Assembly (NCBI GenBank): GCA_045628985.1
Contig: JAZQQH010000042.1
Coordinates: forward strand, 14,796 to 78,795
DNA: 64,000 nt
Source of the DNA: Bacteroidales bacterium
GTDB taxonomy: Bacteria; Bacteroidota; Bacteroidia; Bacteroidales; UBA3663
Reading direction: 5' to 3'
Every line of letters starts with the position of its first letter. The first letter of the stretch is position 1. The notes beneath the pieces were generated by a model. It ran no database searches and had not been told where the DNA came from. It worked only from the letters and a program-made list of their open reading frames with translations. The translations under genes were made by a program, and so were the position numbers. This document shows, piece by piece, positions 46,404 to 56,350 of this stretch.

Positions 46404-49109
46404 TTAGAACTCCTGACCGATGACGAAGTGGAAGTTCGAACCTGAGTTGCTTGATGATCCGAAGGTCTTGTCGAAGCCATAGCCCCAGTCAATACCCAGC
46501 ATACCGATCATTGGGAGGAAGATACGTACGCCGGCACCCATAGAACGCTTGAGTGAGAATGGGTTGAAGTACTTCATGTCGGTCCAAGCGTTACCTGCCT
46601 CGGCAAAGACAAGGCCGTAGATGGTACTTGACGACTCGAGCATGAATGGATAGCGGAGCTCGGCAACGAGACGTGCATAGCAGGTAGCTACATCGCCATA
46701 GCCAGAGGTGAGCGATCCGTTCTCATAGCCACGCAGAGGGATGTACTCGGTGATGTATGACGATGAGTACATTGAGTTGCCGTCACCACCCATGTAGTAG
46801 CTGTTGAAAGGCGAACGCTTGTTAGGATTGTAGTGTCCTAAGAAGCCGAAGTCCGAACGGGTGTGGAACACGAGCGTACGGTTAGCATTGTTGAGTGGCG
46901 TATAGGTCTTGGTCGAGAACTTCAGTTTCCAGAACTCCAGCCACTTCATCTTGTCCTTCGAATACTTCTCCTCCTTGGCCAGCTTCTCGTTGTCCTCGAA
47001 CAATGAGTATGGTGGTGCCGCCTCGAGGTCAAGTGTGAAGGTTGAGCCTCGACGGGTGTAGGTAGGGTTGTCGATAGAGCTACGTGAGAGGACAGCCTCG
47101 AGCGAGAGACTGTTGGAAGTACCGTTCGATACTGGGAAGTACTGCCAGTCCTTGAGGATGTAGACGTGGTAGTTGAGCATACCCTGCAGCATGAAGTAGT
47201 CATCTGGCCAAGAGAGGCGCTTACCGAAACCGAGAGAAGCACCAATCATCTGGATGCTCTTGTCCGGGTCGATAGCATACTCGTAAGCGTTCTGAGCACC
47301 ATAGCCGCCATAGCCACCGTAACCGCCATAGCCGTAGCCACCGTAACCATAGCCATAACCGCCATAACCATAACCGCCGTAGCCATAGCCGCTGTTCATC
47401 AAGGCGTTGCTATAGTAGCGTGAGTTGATGTCCGACTGACGCGAGTAGTAGAGCGACAGGTTGAGCATGTTAGGGCGCTTACCGCCGAACCATGGGTTCT
47501 GGTAAGACACTGAGTATGACTGGTAATACTGTGCATTGGTCTGCACAGACAAGGTGAAGGTCTCACCCTCGCCCGATGGATAGATACCATGATAGCGCGA
47601 TGGGTGGAAGATATCCTTCATAGAGATATTGGTGAGCTTGAGCGAGACGCGACCGATGAGACCGGTAGAACCCCAACCGAGCGAGAACTCTACCTGGTCG
47701 TTGGCCTTCGACTCAAGGTCGTAGATGATGTCTACGGTACCGTCCTCGGTGTTAGGTACAGGACGTGGATTCATCTTCTCAGGATCGAAGTGACCGGTCT
47801 GAGCCAACTCACGGGCAGATCGGATCAGGTCGGTCTTCGAGAAGAGCTCGCCTGGACGAGTACGGAGCTCACGACGGATGACGTGCTCGTAGAGACGGTC
47901 GTTGCCGTTGATCACTACCTTATTAATATGGGCCTGAGGACCCTCCATGATACGGAACTCGAGGTCGACAGAGTCCTTCTCCAGGTTCACCTCGATAGGC
48001 TCCATGCGGAAGAAGAGGTAACCCTGGTCCATGTAGAGGGTACCGATACCATCCTCGTCGGTGTTGATACGCTTGTCGATCTTAGTCTGGTTGTAGACGT
48101 CACCCTTCTGGAGCTGCAGGTAAGCCATGAGGAGTTCCTGTGGCTCGACGGTGTTGCCGACGATGGTCATATTGCGGATGTAGTACTTCTGGCCTTCCTC
48201 GACGTTGAGGGTGACGTTGACGTGGCGGTCATCGTACTTCTCGACTGACTCGCTGACGATACGTGCATCGCGGTAACCGAGCTCGTGGAACTTCTTGATG
48301 AGGTTTGCCTTATCCTCCTTGTAAGTGTCAGGGACGAACTTCTTGGCGCGGAACATGTTATACCACTTGTTCACCGCGTTGGTCTTCTTCATCGCCGCGT
48401 TGGCCTTGCGGAACGACATGTACTTCTTCTTGAATGGGAAGAGACGCTGGTGTCCGATGCTGTCCCAGGTCGAAAGGCCGTTGATGACGAGTTCCTTGAT
48501 CTTTACCTTCTCGTGTTTGTCGACGTAGATGGTGAGGTTGACCATGTTCTTGAGCGTAGGGTCATCGTTCTGGATGATCTCCACGTCAGCGTTCTTGTAA
48601 CCCTTGCCGTCATAGTAGCGCTTGATGATGGTCTTGGCACGGTCGAGGATATTCGGTGTCACCTGACTACCCTTGGCAACACCAATCTGGAGGTCAAGGT
48701 CCTCACGCTCAGACTTCTTGACGCCATCATACTCGATGTTGGCAATACGAGGACGAGGGGTGAGTGCGATCTTGATCCAGCAGTCGTCGCCAAGAACCTT
48801 CTCGAGGGTGATGCGGACATCGCTGAAGAGGCCCTGTCGCCAGAAGCGCTTGATGGCATTGGTCACCTCGTCGCCTGGCACAGAGATGATCTGGCCCACC
48901 GACAAGCCTGAGTAGCCGATGAGAACGTAATCCTCATAATTGTCAGCACCCGTGACTTCGATGCCTCGGATGACGTATTTCTTGGCGGTCTGCGACGTAT
49001 GGTTGACCGTTGGGTTGAATATCGTGTCAGTAGGTTGTTCTTCCTGCGCCCATGCCAGCGTCACACTGGTGAGAAGCAGGAGCAGCAGCGTAGTGATCTT
49101 ACGTATCAT
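46404..49109 (-). CDS. bamA: Outer-membrane protein assembly factor BamA
   Basis: 901 aa. POTRA-like repeats followed by a beta-barrel ending ...NFHFVIGQEF. The uppS-bamA-ompH order is conserved in Bacteroidota. Contains a Gly-Tyr repeat insert. Confidence 0.93.
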   Translation of the reverse strand: MIRKITTLLLLLLTSVTLAWAQEEQPTDTIFNPTVNHTSQTAKKYVIRGIEVTGADNYEDYVLIGYSGLSVGQIISVPGDEVTNAIKRFWRQGLFSDVRITLEKVLGDDCWIKIALTPRPRIANIEYDGVKKSEREDLDLQIGVAKGSQVTPNILDRAKTIIKRYYDGKGYKNADVEIIQNDDPTLKNMVNLTIYVDKHEKVKIKELVINGLSTWDSIGHQRLFPFKKKYMSFRKANAAMKKTNAVNKWYNMFRAKKFVPDTYKEDKANLIKKFHELGYRDARIVSESVEKYDDRHVNVTLNVEEGQKYYIRNMTIVGNTVEPQELLMAYLQLQKGDVYNQTKIDKRINTDEDGIGTLYMDQGYLFFRMEPIEVNLEKDSVDLEFRIMEGPQAHINKVVINGNDRLYEHVIRRELRTRPGELFSKTDLIRSARELAQTGHFDPEKMNPRPVPNTEDGTVDIIYDLESKANDQVEFSLGWGSTGLIGRVSLKLTNISMKDIFHPSRYHGIYPSGEGETFTLSVQTNAQYYQSYSVSYQNPWFGGKRPNMLNLSLYYSRQSDINSRYYSNALMNSGYGYGGYGYGGYGYGYGGYGYGGYGGYGGYGAQNAYEYAIDPDKSIQMIGASLGFGKRLSWPDDYFMLQGMLNYHVYILKDWQYFPVSNGTSNSLSLEAVLSRSSIDNPTYTRRGSTFTLDLEAAPPYSLFEDNEKLAKEEKYSKDKMKWLEFWKLKFSTKTYTPLNNANRTLVFHTRSDFGFLGHYNPNKRSPFNSYYMGGDGNSMYSSSYITEYIPLRGYENGSLTSGYGDVATCYARLVAELRYPFMLESSSTIYGLVFAEAGNAWTDMKYFNPFSLKRSMGAGVRIFLPMIGMLGIDWGYGFDKTFGSSSNSGSNFHFVIGQEF

Positions 49110-49126
49110 TATATATTAATAATGTG

Positions 49127-49879
49127 TTACTTTTTTTCTTCCTGTACCTGAGCCGAGGTCTTGCCGAAGCGGCGCTCGCGCGACTGGTAGCTGAGGATGG
49201 CGTCGTAGAGCTGGTCAGGACCGTAGTCTGGCCAGAGGGTCTCGTCGAAGTACATCTCTGAATAGCTGATCTGCCAGAGCAGATAGTTCGAGATGCGGCA
49301 CTCACCGCCGGTGCGGATCAGCAGGTCAGGATCTGGCATGTTGGCCGTGCAGAGGCTCTGGCTGATCAACTTCTCGTTGATGTCTTCCGGCTTGAGTTCA
49401 CCTGCAGCCACTTTCTGTGCAAGGCGCTGCATGGTGTCAGTAATCTCCCAGCGGCTGCTGTAGTTGAGGGCCAGCACCAGGTTGATGGCTGTGCAGTGGC
49501 TGGTCTGCGCGAAACAGCGCGACAGCTTCTCGCGAGCAAAGTCCGGCAGGCGGCTCATGTCGCCGATCATCTGCAGGCGTACGCCTTTCTCGATCATGCC
49601 AGGAGTCTCGCGCTCAAGGCTATATGCGATGAGGTTCATCAAAGCATCGACCTCTTCCTTCGGACGGTTCCAGTTCTCCGTCGAGAAGGTATAGACGGTC
49701 ATGTACTTGACTCCAGCATTCTTGGCTGCCTCCAGCGTGTTGTGCAGCGAGTCTACTCCGGCCTTATGTCCGAGTGAGCGATCAAGGCCTCTTGCCTTGG
49801 CCCAACGGCCATTGCCATCCATAATAATTGCCACATGCTGTGGGACGCGAGTCAAATCAAGTTGTTCGAGCTTTGCCAT
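49127..49879 (-). CDS. uppS: Undecaprenyl-diphosphate synthase (isoprenyl transferase)
   Basis: 250 aa. ...HVAIIMDGNGRWA... and ...LIRTGGECRISNYLLWQISYSEMYF.... Confidence 0.95.
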   Translation of the reverse strand: MAKLEQLDLTRVPQHVAIIMDGNGRWAKARGLDRSLGHKAGVDSLHNTLEAAKNAGVKYMTVYTFSTENWNRPKEEVDALMNLIAYSLERETPGMIEKGVRLQMIGDMSRLPDFAREKLSRCFAQTSHCTAINLVLALNYSSRWEITDTMQRLAQKVAAGELKPEDINEKLISQSLCTANMPDPDLLIRTGGECRISNYLLWQISYSEMYFDETLWPDYGPDQLYDAILSYQSRERRFGKTSAQVQEEKK

Positions 49880-49894
49880 GTCGAAACGTATTTC

Positions 49895-49923
49895 GAATTA
49901 CTAATTACTGATTACTAATTACA
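49895..49923. repeat. Heptamer array (GAATTAC TAATTAC TGATTAC TAATTAC)
   Basis: Four tandem 7-mers in the leader of uppS (minus strand). Confidence 0.75.
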
Positions 49924-49925
49924 GG

Positions 49926-50621
49926 TTACCAGCTGTTCTGGTTCTTGCACTCTACACAGCGTTCTTTAAAGTTGAACGTGAGTCCGATGCGGATCGCCGC
50001 CAGCCAGTCGTTGCCCATCAGCGCGCTGGTCTTGATCTGCTCCGGGTCGGCCACGCCATCGAGTTTGTCGCCGAACGTCTTGGTGAAAAGCGCCGTGATG
50101 TGTGCATTGAGGCGAGGGTTGATCTTCACCTTGAAGCCGGCTCCCACAGGGATTCCCCAAGTGAAGTCGCTGCTGCCATCGCCTGTCACGGCTCCGGCGC
50201 TGAGGCCTGCGGTGAGGTAGGGCGTGTAGCGTTTCTTTTCGCGATAGTCCATCTCAAGGCCATAGTTCCAGAAGTGGAATTCTGGGAGGATGGCTACCTG
50301 CCAGAAGCGGCGGTTGAACCGGTAGTCGCCGCAGGGAGAAGCGTATCCGAAGTCGGCCGTGTTGCCACTGATGCCGCTACTCGATAGTTCGGCTGCCACC
50401 GTCCAGCGCAGATTCACATTATAGCGGGCCAGTATACCGTAGGATAGCGACGGCGAATAGAAAACATCGCTGGCATTGACATCGCCATATCCCCAGCTGA
50501 TGCCGCTCGTCACACCCATCTCGTAGATATATTCCTTCTCCTGCGCCTGTGCTGACACTCCGCAGAGCATCAGAAGCCAGAGCGATAGGATCACGAAAGG
50601 ATATCGGGAGCGTGGGGTCAT
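49926..50621 (-). CDS. Small outer-membrane beta-barrel protein (DUF6089-like)
   Basis: 231 aa. Signal peptide, alternating beta-strand pattern, aromatic-rich. Sits next to uppS as in other Bacteroidales (from recollection). Confidence 0.55.
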   Translation of the reverse strand: MTPRSRYPFVILSLWLLMLCGVSAQAQEKEYIYEMGVTSGISWGYGDVNASDVFYSPSLSYGILARYNVNLRWTVAAELSSSGISGNTADFGYASPCGDYRFNRRFWQVAILPEFHFWNYGLEMDYREKKRYTPYLTAGLSAGAVTGDGSSDFTWGIPVGAGFKVKINPRLNAHITALFTKTFGDKLDGVADPEQIKTSALMGNDWLAAIRIGLTFNFKERCVECKNQNSW

Positions 50622-50634
50622 ACGTGGGGAGACT

Positions 50635-52167
50635 TTATCTTACCTTGATGAATGTCAGCTGAGGCAACAGACCACCCCATACTTGCGTGTTGTAGGTTCC
50701 GTCGGCCTTCTTTCCTCCGAAGAAATAGATCTCGTAAGTGTCAGGGTTGCAGAATACCGAATTGCCAATCATGTCCGCGAAGGCCGAGTTATCTGCCATC
50801 TTCGGATATTTAGCATAGAGGCTGTGCCAGCTCACACCGCTGTCCTCGCTATAGTAGAGGTCGGCGTACTGGCGTCCGTAGTGGGTGCTTTGTGCGATGT
50901 TGCCATCGGCGCGGAAGCCTGGCTGCAGAATCCAGAACGACTTTGGCTGATCCGCATCGAGCGTATACTCAATGACCGAGCCGCCTTGCATGCCCGGCAG
51001 GTTGCCGTGAGGGAACTCCGCCCAGTTGCAGCCATTCTCTACCTCGCTGAATCCGTCGCACGACCAGGTGCTTGCCGAGAGCGTGCGGCCGTCGGCCATC
51101 ATGCCACCGATGATGTAGATGCGCGATGTGAGGTTGCCGTTATAGGCTCGTGCTGCCACCGAGATAGGACGGGTGAAGCCGCTGATCGGGAAGTTGCGGG
51201 GTATCTGCTTGTCGATGCGCCACTCCTTAGCGTCGGCCGAGACAGCGAAGCGATAAGTGTCGTCGATGTGTACGATGGCGTTGAGCGTATCGCTGTTGGC
51301 GTTGCCATAAACGTCACGCGTAGCCAGCTGGTTGCCCAGGATGGCGGTGAACTGATAGTCGCCACATGCCGGCTGCCAGTTATGTCCGTCGGTCGAGGTC
51401 AGCAGCGCGTGGTTGTTCTTGCCGACAGCATAGAGGGCGTCGTGCCAGCTGTAGAGGGTCTGAAGGTCCAGCAGGTCATCGCCTTCAATGTTGACGACCG
51501 TTGGTTCGGTCCATGCGGTTGGCGCTTTCTTCATGTCGGCCGTCATGACCTGATTGACCTGTCCGGTCTCTACAAACCAGTAGGCGATGGTTCCAATCGT
51601 GTCTGTTCGCTGGTCCTTCACGTCTGTCTGAGCCCAGAGCTCATCGGTATAGTTGCTCCACTTGATCGTGTCGCCTGCCACCTTGTGCACATTGATCTTG
51701 ATATGATATACCTTGCGGACACCACGGGCAGAAATGTTGAGGCGTGCATCAGAGTACGAACCGAAGAAGAGGGCCGAGTCAGCTGCTACATTGCTATACT
51801 GGCGCAACTTGCCGTCGAGCGAGTAGAGGCAGAAGTAGGCCGAGTCAGGCGAAGAGAAGCTGACGTTGACCTTCACCGAGTCGGCGATAGTGCCATAAGG
51901 GAGCGAGTCGGCGTTGAAGATGATGCCGTCGTTCGGGAACTTGTTATGGATGGCAGCGTCGCTGGTGCCATAGTTGTCGATGGTGAAGCTGTATGCCGAG
52001 AGCTTCTCTGCCACGTCGGCATTGTCGCTGAGCGCGAACTTTGTGACAATGGCATTGAAGTAGTTGGTAGCCACTGTCTCAGCCTCATTGTCATTCCAGC
52101 AGGCTGTGAGCATCAGCATAGCTGTTGCGGCCCAGAGCAGGAGTTTTATATTGTTGATCAGTTTCAT
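50635..52167 (-). CDS. Lipoprotein, probably beta-propeller-like (DUF6242-like)
   Basis: 510 aa. Lipobox ...MLTAC. The family assignment is from memory only. Confidence 0.5.
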   Translation of the reverse strand: MKLINNIKLLLWAATAMLMLTACWNDNEAETVATNYFNAIVTKFALSDNADVAEKLSAYSFTIDNYGTSDAAIHNKFPNDGIIFNADSLPYGTIADSVKVNVSFSSPDSAYFCLYSLDGKLRQYSNVAADSALFFGSYSDARLNISARGVRKVYHIKINVHKVAGDTIKWSNYTDELWAQTDVKDQRTDTIGTIAYWFVETGQVNQVMTADMKKAPTAWTEPTVVNIEGDDLLDLQTLYSWHDALYAVGKNNHALLTSTDGHNWQPACGDYQFTAILGNQLATRDVYGNANSDTLNAIVHIDDTYRFAVSADAKEWRIDKQIPRNFPISGFTRPISVAARAYNGNLTSRIYIIGGMMADGRTLSASTWSCDGFSEVENGCNWAEFPHGNLPGMQGGSVIEYTLDADQPKSFWILQPGFRADGNIAQSTHYGRQYADLYYSEDSGVSWHSLYAKYPKMADNSAFADMIGNSVFCNPDTYEIYFFGGKKADGTYNTQVWGGLLPQLTFIKVR

Positions 52168-52363
52168 TTTCTAATGTTTGCAAGCGTCTCATGCGTACGT
52201 AGTGCGCGTATAGACCAAAAAATCGTGCGCAAATTTACTGATTTTTCTTCAAAAATACGAATTTCGGGGGGCATTATCAGCAATATTTAGATTATTTTTG
52301 TTAAATCAGCCCCTTTTTTAGAATTTGTAATTACTTTTTAAAGTCCTTTTTCCTTTTTTTAGT

Positions 52364-52371
52364 TACCTTTG
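52364..52371 (+). promoter_or_regulatory. -7 box (TACCTTTG) only 4 nt before the prmC ATG
   Basis: The TAnnTTTG match ends at 52371 and the ATG is at 52376. This implies a leaderless or near-leaderless mRNA. Confidence 0.4.
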
Positions 52372-52375
52372 CGCC

Positions 52376-53299
52376 ATGCAAAACACCATAATAGCATTGC
52401 GCCAGGCGCTCACATCCTACGACGCTCGCGAGGCGCAGTCCATCATCGATCTGCTCCTTGAGGAGGTGTGCCAGCTCTCGCGCGTCGACCGCATCATGAA
52501 CCCCCATCTCCAGCTGCCTGACGCTCAGCGCCAGCGGCTGCTTCGGTGCGCTCAGCAGCTCAGCCAGGGTATCCCTGTGCAACAGGCCTTAGGGTACGAA
52601 TGGTTCTGTGGCGAGCGCTTCAAGGTGACATCCGACGTGCTCATTCCGCGCCCCGAGACCGCCGAGCTCGTCCATTGGATCTGCCAGGATGTTGGACAGG
52701 GTCAACTCTCTTCCTCTTCGGAGTGTCGGAAGGAACTATCCATCCTCGATGTCGGCACCGGCACCGGGTGCATCGCCCTGTCGCTGGCGCGACTTATCAA
52801 CTATTCACAAGTGTTGGGAATTGACTTATCAACAGCCGCTCTTACTGTGGCTAATGAGAATAAATGTCAACAGGGTGTTGATAACGCTTATTTCGCTCAA
52901 TGTGATATACTTAAGGGTGTTGACAACTCCTATTTTGAGACGCAGATCCACCAGCAATTAACAAGTTATCCACACTTGGTTTTCAACATCATTGTCAGCA
53001 ATCCTCCTTATATTTGTCAACAGGAGGCCGCCGAGATGTCTTCCGTCGTTCTCGACCATGAACCTTCGCTGGCGCTGTTCGTCCCCGATGACGATCCGTT
53101 GCTCTTCTATCGCACCATAGCACAGTTCGGACGTGAGCATCTCACCGTAGGCGGAGCGCTCTATTTCGAGATCAACGCCGCCTATGGCTCCGAGACCTGC
53201 GCCATGCTTCGCGATTTAGGATATCAGGACGTCCAGCTGCGCCAGGATATCCATGGCCGTGACCGCATGGTGAAAGCCATGTTAATCAGTAATCAGTAA
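52376..53299 (+). CDS. prmC: Release-factor glutamine N5-methyltransferase
   Basis: 307 aa. SAM motif ...ILDVGTGTGCIAL... and ...IIVSNPPYI... (NPPY). Confidence 0.9.
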   Translation: MQNTIIALRQALTSYDAREAQSIIDLLLEEVCQLSRVDRIMNPHLQLPDAQRQRLLRCAQQLSQGIPVQQALGYEWFCGERFKVTSDVLIPRPETAELVHWICQDVGQGQLSSSSECRKELSILDVGTGTGCIALSLARLINYSQVLGIDLSTAALTVANENKCQQGVDNAYFAQCDILKGVDNSYFETQIHQQLTSYPHLVFNIIVSNPPYICQQEAAEMSSVVLDHEPSLALFVPDDDPLLFYRTIAQFGREHLTVGGALYFEINAAYGSETCAMLRDLGYQDVQLRQDIHGRDRMVKAMLISNQ

Positions 53300-53338
53300 T
53301 TTGTAATCAGTAATTCGTAATTCGTAATTAGTAATTAT
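53283..53338. repeat. Heptamer array, eight units (TAATCAG x3, TAATTTG, TAATTCG x2, TAATTAG, TAATTAT)
   Basis: Eight tandem 7-mers. The first units encode the last prmC codons (...LISNQ*). Confidence 0.85.
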
Positions 53339-53346
53339 ATTCCCCC

Positions 53347-53844
53347 ATGTTCCCCCGGAAGTCCAAGAAAATCCTGACCTACGACCAGGCTCTCAATCGA
53401 GCTGCACAGCTGTGTAGCAAAGGTGAGCAATGCCCCTCAGACATCTTTGAGAAAGCCCAAGAGTGGGGCCTTTCGGAAGCAGAAGCTGCACGTCTAGTGG
53501 CGTATCTGACGCAAGAGAAATACCTCGATGAGACCCGTTTCGTCCATGCATTCATCCACGATAAGTTCACCTATCAGCACTGGGGTAGAGTCAAGATTGC
53601 CTATATGTTGCGTATGAAGGGAATTGCTGATTCGCTCATCGAGAATACGCTTGATGACGTGGTATCTCCGGAGTCTTATCTGGACACTTGCGTCGATCTG
53701 GTTCGTTCGAAGATAAAAGGGATGGACATCCCGTTATGTCCGGCCGACAGGGCCAAAGTCTTCCGTTTTGCAGCTCAGCGCGGCTTTGAGTCTTCGGTCG
53801 TATCGAAGGCTTTATCGAAATTATCCATCCCTGACGAAGATTAG
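53347..53844 (+). CDS. recX: Regulatory protein RecX
   Basis: 165 aa. ...EKYLDETRFVHAFIHDKFTYQHWGRVKIAYMLRMKGI... is the typical RecX helical repeat. Confidence 0.8.
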   Translation: MFPRKSKKILTYDQALNRAAQLCSKGEQCPSDIFEKAQEWGLSEAEAARLVAYLTQEKYLDETRFVHAFIHDKFTYQHWGRVKIAYMLRMKGIADSLIENTLDDVVSPESYLDTCVDLVRSKIKGMDIPLCPADRAKVFRFAAQRGFESSVVSKALSKLSIPDED

Positions 53845-53846
53845 CC

Positions 53847-54515
53847 ATGCTCCTGTTCCCCAAGACCTGTCCTTGCTGCCAGCACTCGTTATTGCCCGGC
53901 GAAGGACCTCTTTGCCTCAAGTGCCTCTCCGCCTTGCCTCGCATCCACGCTGAGTTCCCCGACAATGCCGTGGAGGCGCGTATGGTGGGACAGTTCCCCT
54001 TTGAACATGGCACCTCTTTCTGCTTCTATCATCCGAATGGAATGATGGCCAGGGGCCTTACGCAAGCCAAATACAAGGATCGCCCTTGGATTGATGCCGA
54101 CCTGACGCAGCTTTTTGTGCAGGAACTCTCTTTGGCTCAGTCTTCCTGGCCTTACGACATAGACATAATCATCCCTATCCCCATCCATTGGTCAAGACTT
54201 CTTTTCAGGGGATATAATCAGGCGATGGCGATTGCCGAAACGCTGCATGACGTTTGGCATCTTCCCATCGAATCTCATTGTCTCCATAAGAAATATACTC
54301 GTCATACCCAGGTCGGTTTAGGCCGAGAGGACCGTCTGCGAAGTGTTGTCGGCACTTTCTCTGTATCCAACCCAGAATCCCTCAAAGACAAGCATATCCT
54401 TCTCGTCGACGACGTCCTGACCACTGGCGCCACCCTTGTCGCCGCTGCCGATGCGCTCCTGTCCAACGTGCCAGGAGTGCGAATCAGTTTCCTGACGTTG
54501 GCGATGAGTAACTAA
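53847..54515 (+). CDS. ComF-family phosphoribosyltransferase-domain protein
   Basis: 222 aa. N-terminal CxxC...CxxC and PRTase motif ...ILLVDDVLTTGATL.... Confidence 0.85.
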   Translation: MLLFPKTCPCCQHSLLPGEGPLCLKCLSALPRIHAEFPDNAVEARMVGQFPFEHGTSFCFYHPNGMMARGLTQAKYKDRPWIDADLTQLFVQELSLAQSSWPYDIDIIIPIPIHWSRLLFRGYNQAMAIAETLHDVWHLPIESHCLHKKYTRHTQVGLGREDRLRSVVGTFSVSNPESLKDKHILLVDDVLTTGATLVAAADALLSNVPGVRISFLTLAMSN

Positions 54516-54539
54516 GAGACCGTTGTGTGTCAGCAATAA

Positions 54540-56240
54540 TTATTGAAGGAAGATAGACTTGACCACCGTGGCGCCACCACCTACAGTACCCGTATGCTGC
54601 AGATGGAAGCCAGCGTTGTGAGTAGGATGAGCCATGGTGGCAGAGAGGGTCTGCTTGCCAAGGTCGGGCAATCTGCTGTTACTGATCTCGGCCGTGAGCT
54701 GATCTTCGTCTGCACGGAGTGTGACACTGCAACCGGGGCGGAAGAGGTCACAGCGCTGAGGCTCAGTTATGCGGGTGATTGTGCCAGCCGTGTATTCGAC
54801 GAGATAGGCCTCAACAGCCCGGTCATAATCAGGCGTGCGGATGAAGCGAAGTCCATAGCCAGTGAGTGAGCGAGTATCGAACTTGATGCAGATGTCGAGA
54901 TACTGCCCCGTGGCCGAACCGAAGCCCTGTCCTGGCGTCTTGCATGGATCGAGTGTCAATGTGCAGAGCTGCCTGCCATAACTCTCTGACGACTCTTTGT
55001 CTGCCACGGCCTCCTCCAGAGGTGTGTACATCAGGCGAGCGCCACGCTGCAGCTGCACCATACCCCACGAACCTTCCGCGCCATCTACACCCTCAGCATA
55101 CCCCCACGCGCTTTGTGAAGTATCAGGCGTCCAGTTGTAAGCCTCCGTATCAGAAGGCTTGTAGCAGTCGATGGTCCATTGGCCTGCTCGGATCTCCGGT
55201 TGCACGGCGATGGCTACTGGTGGAAGGACAACCGGTAGGGCCTCAGTAGGCGTTGGCACGTCGAGCGGCTGGCCATTGAGCGTACAGTCGCGCATCACAC
55301 AATAATGCTTCGGATCCGGTCGTCGCGTCCATTCGATGCGGAGGTTCGGATCCTCGCTCGTCCAGCGGCAACGCTCCATCGTGACAGGTCCTCCTACCTT
55401 GGTAAGATACTGTGTGCCACGCACCTTGGAGTGGAGGTCACAGTCGATGAAGGTGGCTCCCTGAGCGTAAGTAGAGTAGAATGGTTTGCTCGAAAAGAGG
55501 GTAAATCGGCAATGTCGATAAGTGCCTGTGCCACATAGTGCATCGTCGGTACACTCGAAGTAGCAGTCGGTGAAGTCTACATGCCTGCCACCCGCAAACG
55601 GACAAAGATTGAGACGTGAGATGAAGCGGCAGTTATCGACCTTATACTTATCTCCCTCGCAGATGACAAGCTGCGCCTGTACGATAGCCTCCTTGCGCTT
55701 CGGACGATTGAGCTGCGGATTGCGCGGATAGACAAGGTCGACGTTGCAGTAGTTGCCGAAGGTGAGGTTGCGCGCCTCCACCTCGTCGCCGATGATGTGC
55801 AGCATCGTGAAGTTTCCCTCAGCACCCTGTGTCTGTCCTCGGCTACTGGCCAGGATGACGTCCTCGGGATTGTCGGTATGACCAATGAGACGGGTACGCG
55901 AGAGACGCACCTCCATGCCAAAAGGCGTATTGCTGCCAGGTGCGGGACGTCGCACCTCGGGATCATCCGGATCATCAATCCAGTAGACTGATGGCTCGAT
56001 GAGAATCTCCGTCCAGAGCGTATCATCGGCAAAGCGTTCTGCAAAGCGCAAGGCTTCGCGCACCTCATGGAAGGTCATCTGCCGCTCATCGGTAGGCTTG
56101 GCAGCATCCACATAAAGACGATGGATCTGTCCGTTTTCGACGTTGGTCCTGTGTGGCAACGGAATACTTGAAACACTAGCCAGAAGCGGCAGGGAAAAGA
56201 GCGTCGACAGGAGCAACAAGGAAATAAGGGGCTTTCTCAT
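54540..56240 (-). CDS. Secreted parallel beta-helix protein, pectinesterase (CE8)-like layout with divergent catalytic motifs
   Basis: 566 aa with a signal peptide. ...VQAQLVICEGDKYKVDNCRFISRLNLCPFAGGRHVDFTDCYFECTDDALCG... aligns by eye to the CE8 pattern QAVAL..NC.F.G.QDTL....R.....C.I.G.vDFIFG. Confidence 0.45.
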   Translation of the reverse strand: MRKPLISLLLLSTLFSLPLLASVSSIPLPHRTNVENGQIHRLYVDAAKPTDERQMTFHEVREALRFAERFADDTLWTEILIEPSVYWIDDPDDPEVRRPAPGSNTPFGMEVRLSRTRLIGHTDNPEDVILASSRGQTQGAEGNFTMLHIIGDEVEARNLTFGNYCNVDLVYPRNPQLNRPKRKEAIVQAQLVICEGDKYKVDNCRFISRLNLCPFAGGRHVDFTDCYFECTDDALCGTGTYRHCRFTLFSSKPFYSTYAQGATFIDCDLHSKVRGTQYLTKVGGPVTMERCRWTSEDPNLRIEWTRRPDPKHYCVMRDCTLNGQPLDVPTPTEALPVVLPPVAIAVQPEIRAGQWTIDCYKPSDTEAYNWTPDTSQSAWGYAEGVDGAEGSWGMVQLQRGARLMYTPLEEAVADKESSESYGRQLCTLTLDPCKTPGQGFGSATGQYLDICIKFDTRSLTGYGLRFIRTPDYDRAVEAYLVEYTAGTITRITEPQRCDLFRPGCSVTLRADEDQLTAEISNSRLPDLGKQTLSATMAHPTHNAGFHLQHTGTVGGGATVVKSIFLQ

Positions 56241-56350
56241 ATAATATATGATTTACTGTAATCTTACAATTGCATAACTCGTAGCTGGCATGGGGACACT
56301 CACCTTGCCAGTTTTCTTGTCATATATGTATATTATAGTAAAAAGCTGGC

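Noticed and set aside
50683-52290. 535-aa plus-strand ORF.
   Set aside because: It is fully antisense to the 510-aa lipoprotein gene. It is V/R/A/G-rich with no signal sequence or motifs and no promoter box, so it is a shadow ORF. The same reasoning applies to 6420-7274, 31236-32057, 34405-35142, 38043-38756, 41518-42339, 44670-45533 and 47589-48911.
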